Source: Anaerolineales bacterium | Lineage (GTDB): Bacteria; Chloroflexota; Anaerolineae; Anaerolineales; E44-bin32 | Reading direction: 5' to 3' | Length of the DNA: 64,000 nucleotides | Assembly: GCA_004376895.1 (NCBI GenBank) | Contig: SOIH01000164.1 | Location: forward strand, 817-64,816 | In this document: piece after piece, positions 29,877 to 36,591 of the stretch | Layout: every line of letters starts with the position of its first letter | Position numbering within the stretch: position 1 is the stretch's first letter | The notes under the pieces: generated by a model | The model's database searches: none | Seen by the model: the letters and a program-made list of their open reading frames with translations, nothing else | Told to the model about the DNA's origin: nothing | Made by a program: the position numbers and the translations under genes

Positions 29877-30021
29877 AAAAAAGACGACCTGAGCGTAGCC
29901 CACGCCGTCTTTATTTATCAACGATCCCTTCATGTCAGAGCGGGTGGGTCTACGCGCGCACTATACCCACTCGAAGGTGGGCTGATGACTCTTGTGTGTG
30001 CAGCGCGGACCCAGTTTTCAT
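29877..30021 (-). promoter_or_regulatory. attenuator-like hisS leader: anti-antiterminator / antiterminator / terminator helices plus a 23-codon ORF with two His codons
   Basis: Hand-folded alternative helices (details in findings). The terminator-like hairpin AAAGACGGC...GGTCGTCTTTTTT ends 5 nt before the hisS SD. Confidence 0.5.
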
Positions 30022-30023
30022 GA

Positions 30024-31646
30024 TTACAGATTATAGCACAGGGGGTAATCGTCAAAGCCCGCATTATGAAGGGCGGTGAGCAGTGATCCAGAGCGAATCA
30101 TATCACTGGCAAGATTGATATCTACCGAGTATGGCCGATCGTGTTCGATAAAATCAATAGATTTACGTATGTGTTCAAGCGCGGCAAGTGTTCCCACCCC
30201 CGGGGATTTCCTAGGAATTTCCTTCATGCGCAATTCGAGAGCTTGAGAGACACATATGAGTTCGATTGCGACGATGCGGGTCAAGTTCTCAACAACGAGT
30301 CGAAGATTCCTGGCGGCTGTAGTCGCGTTAGCGTTGTGGTCTTCCTGACCGGATGAGGTCGGCACAGAAGAAGTTGAGTTAGGATTGGCCAGAGCTTGAT
30401 TTTCAAGCGCCAACGAGCCGGCAGTGTAATGGAGCATCATTAATCCTGAATAGAGCCCGATCTTGCTGCGATCTGCGATCAGCATGGGCGGGAGGTCTGC
30501 ATTCAAATCCTCAGACAGAAGTCTGAAAATTTGCCTCTCAGATATTGATCCAGCTTCTGAAAGCGCGATTTTGAGATAATCGGCCGCAAGTCCCACAGGT
30601 TCCCCATGGAAATTACCACCGGAGAGGACATCATCGCCAAATAACAGGGGATTATCAGTGGCTGAGTTCATCTCAATATTGCTGACCTTGTCGGCGTAAG
30701 CGAGTGTATCCCAGACCGGGCCAAGGATTTGAGGGCAGCAACGTAAGCTGTAAGCGTCTTGAACTCTTGCTGTGCTATCGATAAGCTGACTGCCGGCAAT
30801 GAGATTGCGCATTCTTCGAGCAACAGCTTGTTGTCCGGGATAGGGCCTAGCTGCATGGATGCGCTCATCGAGCGCGGCAGAAAAACCGAGCAGGGCATCT
30901 AGGGTCATCGATGAAGCGATCTCATTCGAGAAAAGCAATCGCTGTGAATCGATGACGGCCAAAGCGAGAAGAGCCGTTGAGAAGGACGCGCCATTCGTGA
31001 GCGCCAAGCCTTCTTTGGGACCTAGTGAAATCAGATCGATACCAGCTTTGTTCATTGCCTCATGACCAGGGAGTAGGCAATCTTCAAACCAGGCTTGCAC
31101 CTCAGTATCTCCAAACTCATGTGCGTCGGAATTTGTAATCACAAGGGCAAGTTGAGCTAGTTGTGCGAGATCTCCCGATGAACCTAATGAGCCTTGAGAG
31201 GGGATGTAAGGTGTTACACCTTTATTTAATAATGAAAGGAGGGCTTCGATGAGTTCGGTTCGTACGCCAGAGTATCCATGTGCAAGAGAGTTTGCCCGAA
31301 TGAGAATCGCAGCTCGGACGACCTCCTCAGGGAAAGGATCTCCGACCGCAACTGCGTGACTCAGAACTAGATTCTCTGAGATCTTCGCTGCTTGAGACGA
31401 ATCAAGGCGTCTATCAGCAAAAATACCGAAACCAGTATTTACGCCATAGATTGGGATCTTGGAAGAGGCAAGCCTTTTAAGGTTCTTGGCGGATTGGCTA
31501 ATCCGATCTCTGGCTGATTTCTCGAGATCAACTCGAGCCTTGAAGCGGGCAACGGATTCAATGTCAGCAAGTGTGAGATGGTCGCCGTCGATTAAAACAG
31601 AGTCCGACGAGGGAGAGTCCTTGGAAGGAGTGGTTCGCTTGATCAT
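30024..31646 (-). CDS. hutH: histidine ammonia-lyase (MIO-dependent aromatic amino acid lyase family)
   Basis: YGVNTGFG, a LVLSHA selectivity pair (Ser-His, HAL type), and GSLGSSGDLAQLA at the MIO position (Ser-Ser-Gly instead of Ala-Ser-Gly). Confidence 0.8.
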   Translation of the reverse strand: MIKRTTPSKDSPSSDSVLIDGDHLTLADIESVARFKARVDLEKSARDRISQSAKNLKRLASSKIPIYGVNTGFGIFADRRLDSSQAAKISENLVLSHAVAVGDPFPEEVVRAAILIRANSLAHGYSGVRTELIEALLSLLNKGVTPYIPSQGSLGSSGDLAQLAQLALVITNSDAHEFGDTEVQAWFEDCLLPGHEAMNKAGIDLISLGPKEGLALTNGASFSTALLALAVIDSQRLLFSNEIASSMTLDALLGFSAALDERIHAARPYPGQQAVARRMRNLIAGSQLIDSTARVQDAYSLRCCPQILGPVWDTLAYADKVSNIEMNSATDNPLLFGDDVLSGGNFHGEPVGLAADYLKIALSEAGSISERQIFRLLSEDLNADLPPMLIADRSKIGLYSGLMMLHYTAGSLALENQALANPNSTSSVPTSSGQEDHNANATTAARNLRLVVENLTRIVAIELICVSQALELRMKEIPRKSPGVGTLAALEHIRKSIDFIEHDRPYSVDINLASDMIRSGSLLTALHNAGFDDYPLCYNL

Positions 31647-31774
31647 CTATTTAATTCTCTTTTCTTCGACATGTGCGCGGTTTGTGTGGAGAAGTGTAAA
31701 AAGTATAGCATGGGGGCGCTTCCGTGGTATGCTAATCGTCGATAAAGACTAAGGAACTTCTCCATAAGATCAGT

Positions 31775-33328
31775 ATGCTATTTATTCCAATTATCGCTCT
31801 CCTACTTGCTGCGGTCGCAACATGGCTAGTCCGCAATCGCCCATCACGGACTCAATGGGTTGTCAGTACGTCGTTTGGCGTGATCATCTGGTTTATTTCA
31901 TTATTGTTACTTGCAGCTGTCCCGGATGCTGCTAGTTTCTCAATCTGGCAACCAGCAAGCTTATTTCAAACTCCTTTTGAACTTTCTCTCGATAGAACAA
32001 GTTGGGGAATTGCGTATTGCATTTCGACTGTTCTTCTCTCGATGATTCTAACTGCTGCAACAAGGCCGGACAATGCATCGACCGGTGTACGGGTTTTCTG
32101 GTTTATATACGCAGCTCTGGCTATGCTGGCTGTTTTCGCAATTAATTTACTAACAGTAGTACTTGCTTTCGCTTTAATCGATTTGAGTTCATTTATTTTT
32201 TATGTTTACTTTACAGAAAACGTGGACGACATTCACCGTGCAATAATTCGAGCCGGCATTGACTTGGGGGGGGTGTTATTAATTGTCGCGGCTGCTTGGG
32301 TTAACTCAATCGATGGAAATGGAGTAGGTCTTAACGCTGTGTCCTTTTCCGCGCCGGCAGCACTCTTGTTTCTCATGGGAATTCTGTTGCGCTTGGGACT
32401 GATACCTTTGCATTTCGCAGTGCCTTCTTTTTCCCCTCTTCGTAGAGGAGCAGGTACGCTATTGCGTTTGTATCCACCGGCCCTTGCGCTCTTGCTGCTC
32501 TCGAGATTCCTCGGAAATGGAGCACCTGCAACAATAAGAGTATGGTTGGTAGTTGCAGGGGCGATAGGCATCCTGCTCGGGGGAGTTCGCTGGTTATTGG
32601 AAGAAGACCGGGTCTTGGCAAGGCCATTTCTAGTGATGGGCCTCGCCGGGATTGGAATCCTGGCAAGCAGCGGCGCTTCTGTGAATGGGGATGTCCTATT
32701 TGCGACAAGCGCATTGCTGTTGCTTGTTGGAGCATTGCTTTCGCTTATCAAGATCCATACACCCTCACATCGCGTTTGGCCAGTTTTCGCTGCGGCTCTG
32801 CTGGTTGGAATGCCGTGGAGTCCGGGAGGGCTGATTAGCTCGGTGATGGGTCAATCGGCACTGAATGAGGGAATGTGGATTCAGGTGTTCATAGGAATAA
32901 TTGGTTTAAGCAGCCTTGCTCTCGGCGCGATCCATATCTTCTTTTCGGAAGAGGAGCCTTGGCCGACTGGAGAAAGTCTTATTCGGGTCATGTACAGCAT
33001 GGGGCTGGCATTACCGATTTTGGTAAGTATTGGGTTGGGTTTATGGATTGACGAGACGTTCAGTATTTATGGTGGGCTCGTTACGGTTGCGGCAGTTGCG
33101 GTGGGGGCGGGGGCATTCTTTGCGCTGCGCAACATTGGAGGGGTTGTAAATGAGCGCTGGAGGTCTGTGTTCCTTCGGTTTAATCCGCACCGGATTTACT
33201 CTGTGTTCTGGATAATTCTTCGTCGTTCTCTAAGCATAGCAAGGTCTATCGGCGAATTATTCGAGGGCGAAGCTGCAATGCTCTGGATGTTCGCCTTCAT
33301 CGCCGTACTCCTCCTCACTTTGAGGTGA
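31775..33328 (+). CDS. divergent NuoL/M/N-MrpD-like (proton-antiporter-fold) membrane protein
   Basis: 517 aa, about 14 TM. FALIDLSSFIF sits where NuoN-type proteins carry L-E-L-x-S. GLIPLHFAVPSFSP sits where they carry P-x-H-x-W-L/T-P-D-A. Confidence 0.55.
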   Translation: MLFIPIIALLLAAVATWLVRNRPSRTQWVVSTSFGVIIWFISLLLLAAVPDAASFSIWQPASLFQTPFELSLDRTSWGIAYCISTVLLSMILTAATRPDNASTGVRVFWFIYAALAMLAVFAINLLTVVLAFALIDLSSFIFYVYFTENVDDIHRAIIRAGIDLGGVLLIVAAAWVNSIDGNGVGLNAVSFSAPAALLFLMGILLRLGLIPLHFAVPSFSPLRRGAGTLLRLYPPALALLLLSRFLGNGAPATIRVWLVVAGAIGILLGGVRWLLEEDRVLARPFLVMGLAGIGILASSGASVNGDVLFATSALLLLVGALLSLIKIHTPSHRVWPVFAAALLVGMPWSPGGLISSVMGQSALNEGMWIQVFIGIIGLSSLALGAIHIFFSEEEPWPTGESLIRVMYSMGLALPILVSIGLGLWIDETFSIYGGLVTVAAVAVGAGAFFALRNIGGVVNERWRSVFLRFNPHRIYSVFWIILRRSLSIARSIGELFEGEAAMLWMFAFIAVLLLTLR

Positions 33329-33335
33329 TCGGTAA

Positions 33336-33953
33336 ATGGCTTGGCTCGATAATTACTTGTTCGCGCCTATGGTTTTGCTTTTCTTGACGGGAAGCGCGCT
33401 TGCTCTTTTAAGACCGGGACCGAGATCAATTCCTATTCTTGTGGCGCAATATATCTCCGTTTCTTGGTTGTCTTTTACGAGTTTACCGGCTGCAGGGGTA
33501 TACGCAAAATTAATAACAGGATTTCTAGTGTGTGTAATCTTGTACCTCGGAGTTCGACTAATTGATGACGACCCGTTGCAAAGGGATGATCAGCGATTAT
33601 CAGCCAATCTCTCATTTCGTGTTATCGCCTTACTGCTGGTAACGGTTGCCTCCGTAAGTGTTGCAAGTAGTGATTTGTTCGCTCAATTTGAAATCAGCAC
33701 AGAAGCGAAAGTAGGTGCATCATTCCTGATCGCTTCAAGTTTGTTGAATTTGGGGTTGGGAATAGAGCAGCTGAGGAGTGGGATCGGTTTGCTCACTCTT
33801 ATTTCGGGTGGTGAGTTAATATACAGTTTCATTGAACCATCGCTGGCACTGATTGCCTTACTCGCCATGGTTCACCTGGGAATTGTCCTCGTAATCAGTT
33901 ACATCATTTCTATCCGGACTCGCTTTGGGATCTCGGAGAATCATAATCCATGA
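33336..33953 (+). CDS. small polytopic membrane protein (HyfE-sized; family unassigned)
   Basis: 205 aa, about 6 TM. Sandwiched between the two antiporter-like genes, with a 4-nt overlap with the next gene. Confidence 0.5.
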   Translation: MAWLDNYLFAPMVLLFLTGSALALLRPGPRSIPILVAQYISVSWLSFTSLPAAGVYAKLITGFLVCVILYLGVRLIDDDPLQRDDQRLSANLSFRVIALLLVTVASVSVASSDLFAQFEISTEAKVGASFLIASSLLNLGLGIEQLRSGIGLLTLISGGELIYSFIEPSLALIALLAMVHLGIVLVISYIISIRTRFGISENHNP

Positions 33954-35341
33954 GTGCGGGTCTGATTATTTTACTTTTCACCGTTATATATTCGTTGTTG
34001 TGCTTGATTCTGCGACACCAACGAATGGCTTCTGCGCTTGTTGCTGCGATTGGAGCAGGATCTATCGCTGCATTTGTGTTGTTCGTCCCATTTGATGATG
34101 TGTTCCTCTTTGGGGGTGTGTCAATTAAGGTCACGAGCGAGTGGATTATCTTGGGGCGCATGTTTTCGATGAGTGATGCTGTACGGCCGCTAATTGGTTT
34201 TCTGTATCTAGCTGGCGCTTTCCTTCTGCCCGCAGCATGGGTCGTTAATGCAAATCGATTCTTCCCGTCTGTAGGATTAATGATTCTAGCTACCGTGGCT
34301 GCGTCGCTAATGGTTGATCCATTTGTATTTGCAGCCGTATTTATTGAGCTGGCAGCTATGGGGGCCGTGTTCATTCTTGTAACACAACGGCATCCTAAGA
34401 GTACCGGCGCCTCTCGAATGCTGACTCTTTATACGTTTGCAATGTTCAGCATCCTTTTCACCGGCTCATTATTAGAGATTGCTGGAATAACAAGCGCAAC
34501 TCCGGCCCTAGCCATACGGGTGACATTTTTGCTCGGCTTTGGGTTTGCTATATTAATGACGGTTCCACCTTTTCATTTATGGCTGCCAAAATCTGCTGAC
34601 GAGTCCGATCCTTATATTTTAATATTTATACTGATCATCCTTCAGAGTGCCGGGTTATTTTTCCTGCTAAGATTCTTGGACAGTTACATATGGTTAAGAG
34701 AGCAAACGGTAATATTTGATGGGATTAGAATCGCGGGGATTATTACTACGATATTAGCGGTTGTATTCTCGGCCAGTCAAAGAGAATTGAAGAAACTAAT
34801 GATCTATGCGCTGTTGGTAGATTTGGGTGTGATGTTGATCGCAATTGGTTCCGGTACGGAAGCCGGTTTCCGTATTGCGTTGAGCCTTAGTGGTGTGCGC
34901 GTGATTGCACTTGGGGTGCTCGCGTTGGGGCTATCATTTATAAGTAACGCAGAGCTGCTTCTAAAGAATATGCGAGGTGTGGGATATAAAATGCCTTTTG
35001 CGACGGCTGCTTTCCTTGTTGGATTGCTCTCGATTGCGGGAACCCCACTCACAGCAGGTTTTCCTGGAAGATGGGCTCTCCTAACTGTTGTGCTCCAAAC
35101 CGATAAGTTTGCGGCGGGCACTGTTATATTCTCAATGATTGGATTGGGAGTACTTGTAATTAGGTGGGCGGCAATCCTTTTCGGAAGGGGGGATGGCGAG
35201 GAGTTAATCGCGATGTCGAAAGTACCCCGTAGCTTCCTTCTGGGCGGCATTATATTGCTGCTGCTTCTTGGCTTATTCCCGCAGCTTGTCTTCCCTTGGG
35301 TCGAAGATGTTGCGTCCGGACTAGCGAACCTATTTCTATAG
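33950..35341 (+). CDS. NuoN/MrpD-like proton-conducting membrane transporter subunit
   Basis: 463 aa. FIELAAMGAVFIL (TM5 Glu motif) and VPPFHLWLPKSADESDPY (the PxHxWLPxA signature of complex I antiporter-like subunits). Confidence 0.7.
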   Translation: MSAGLIILLFTVIYSLLCLILRHQRMASALVAAIGAGSIAAFVLFVPFDDVFLFGGVSIKVTSEWIILGRMFSMSDAVRPLIGFLYLAGAFLLPAAWVVNANRFFPSVGLMILATVAASLMVDPFVFAAVFIELAAMGAVFILVTQRHPKSTGASRMLTLYTFAMFSILFTGSLLEIAGITSATPALAIRVTFLLGFGFAILMTVPPFHLWLPKSADESDPYILIFILIILQSAGLFFLLRFLDSYIWLREQTVIFDGIRIAGIITTILAVVFSASQRELKKLMIYALLVDLGVMLIAIGSGTEAGFRIALSLSGVRVIALGVLALGLSFISNAELLLKNMRGVGYKMPFATAAFLVGLLSIAGTPLTAGFPGRWALLTVVLQTDKFAAGTVIFSMIGLGVLVIRWAAILFGRGDGEELIAMSKVPRSFLLGGIILLLLLGLFPQLVFPWVEDVASGLANLFL

Positions 35342-35390
35342 AGATATCAAAATCACGGAAATAACCGCCTTTTCTGTTGGAGGCAGGAAT

Positions 35391-36560
35391 ATGGATCAAA
35401 AACAAGTTGAGAAAAGGCTAAAATGGCTTGATGAGCAGAGGATAAAAGACTCTGAACAATTGCAGGCGCTGATTGACCGGAATAAATATCTTGAAGAATC
35501 CATTGAGAAACTCGATCGAAAGTTCTTGGCGCTTTCTGATGAAACATCTAGGACGGCGGCTCTTGCAACAAAAATCAATCAAATGGATGATGCTTTGGCG
35601 AAGCATAGAAATGAGATATCGCGACAACTAAAAGATGTTGAGGAAAGACGCAGCGAGAAAGAAAAACACCTTGAAGCCCTCCGCAAGACAGACCAAAAAG
35701 GGTTCTCCAAAAGACTCGACGACGTTCGAAAGGAGCTATTGCGGCTAGAAAAATACGAGCAATTGCTGGATGACCGTAGGGAGGAAGAGCTTCGGATTTA
35801 TAAAGAGTTCAACTCAATCAAGGACCAGCTAGAGCACATGATTGAAGCGCTAAAAACGGAAAAACGAAAAGCGGTCTCTCTTGGTGAAAATCAGAAACAA
35901 GTTGGCAAGCGTCTAACAAAGATTGAAAGCCTTAACGAAAGACAGAAGAAGGGTCTTGATGGGGTTAATGCGAGGGTAGAGTCTTTAGAAAGTCTATCTC
36001 ATCGGTTGGAGGTGCGTGCGAAAGAGTTTCAAGTGAGTGAGAAGGAGCGCTTCGAAACGCAAGAACTCTGGATGGAGAGTCAGGGCTTGAAGATTGTTGA
36101 ATTTGAAAAATCCTGGAAAGAATGGGGACAACGCTATTCAGCTTTCGAGAAGCGGGCTGAAACGATAGATGAGCGAATGATTGCTTACGAAGAAACACAT
36201 CGTATTTTACGGCAGATGCAGAGCGACCTCGAAGATGTTCTTGAACGATTAGAACGCAGGATTACCGAGGTAGGTGAAATGCAGCGACTTGCTGAAGACA
36301 GGGTGAAGCACAGTTGGGGAGAATTTCAATCAGAAGATCACCGGCGCTGGAGCACGCACACCTTAACCTTGGATGAACGCTGGAACGAACATACGAGGCT
36401 GCACGATAAGCTGCGATCCGATACAGATGAGATGTCATCGAATCTCACCAATGGACTCGACCGATTAGTAGAGATCGAAGGAAGCGACCGGCGGCGTCTT
36501 GCCGAGTTGTTGTCTACGCTTCGAGAATGGATGACGGAATTAGACTCTAGAGGCCGGTAA
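35391..36560 (+). CDS. hypothetical coiled-coil protein (Glu/Lys/Arg-rich)
   Basis: 389 aa, no TM, heptad-like charged sequence throughout (EKRLKWLDEQRIKDSEQLQALIDRNKYLEESIEKLDRK...). SD GGAGG upstream. Confidence 0.6.
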   Translation: MDQKQVEKRLKWLDEQRIKDSEQLQALIDRNKYLEESIEKLDRKFLALSDETSRTAALATKINQMDDALAKHRNEISRQLKDVEERRSEKEKHLEALRKTDQKGFSKRLDDVRKELLRLEKYEQLLDDRREEELRIYKEFNSIKDQLEHMIEALKTEKRKAVSLGENQKQVGKRLTKIESLNERQKKGLDGVNARVESLESLSHRLEVRAKEFQVSEKERFETQELWMESQGLKIVEFEKSWKEWGQRYSAFEKRAETIDERMIAYEETHRILRQMQSDLEDVLERLERRITEVGEMQRLAEDRVKHSWGEFQSEDHRRWSTHTLTLDERWNEHTRLHDKLRSDTDEMSSNLTNGLDRLVEIEGSDRRRLAELLSTLREWMTELDSRGR

Positions 36561-36591
36561 CTCTGCAGAAAAGGACATGTAGGAAATTGTC

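Noticed and set aside
29862-30023. Classifying the hisS leader as a T-box riboswitch. The attraction was that GUGGGU contains UGGG, which is complementary to the CCCA 3' end of the adjacent tRNA-His, and that CAC triplets are present.
   Set aside because: The CAC triplets lie on the 5' side of the main helix, not in a 3'-side specifier loop. I find no Stem I distal AGAGA/GNUGGUA-type platform, no K-turn and no AGGGUGGNACCGCG T-box core. The UGGG is in an apical hairpin rather than in an antiterminator bulge. I keep it only as an unclassified attenuator candidate pending a covariance-model scan.
32233-32751. Large antisense or alternative-frame ORFs inside confident genes. Examples are 32233..32751, 36645..37295, 11835..12323, 18580..19098, 7820..8416, 2305..2802 and 23184..23696.
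   Set aside because: They are embedded opposite or out of frame in genes with strong family motifs. They have Arg/Ser/Pro-rich low-complexity compositions typical of shadow ORFs and lack SD sequences.
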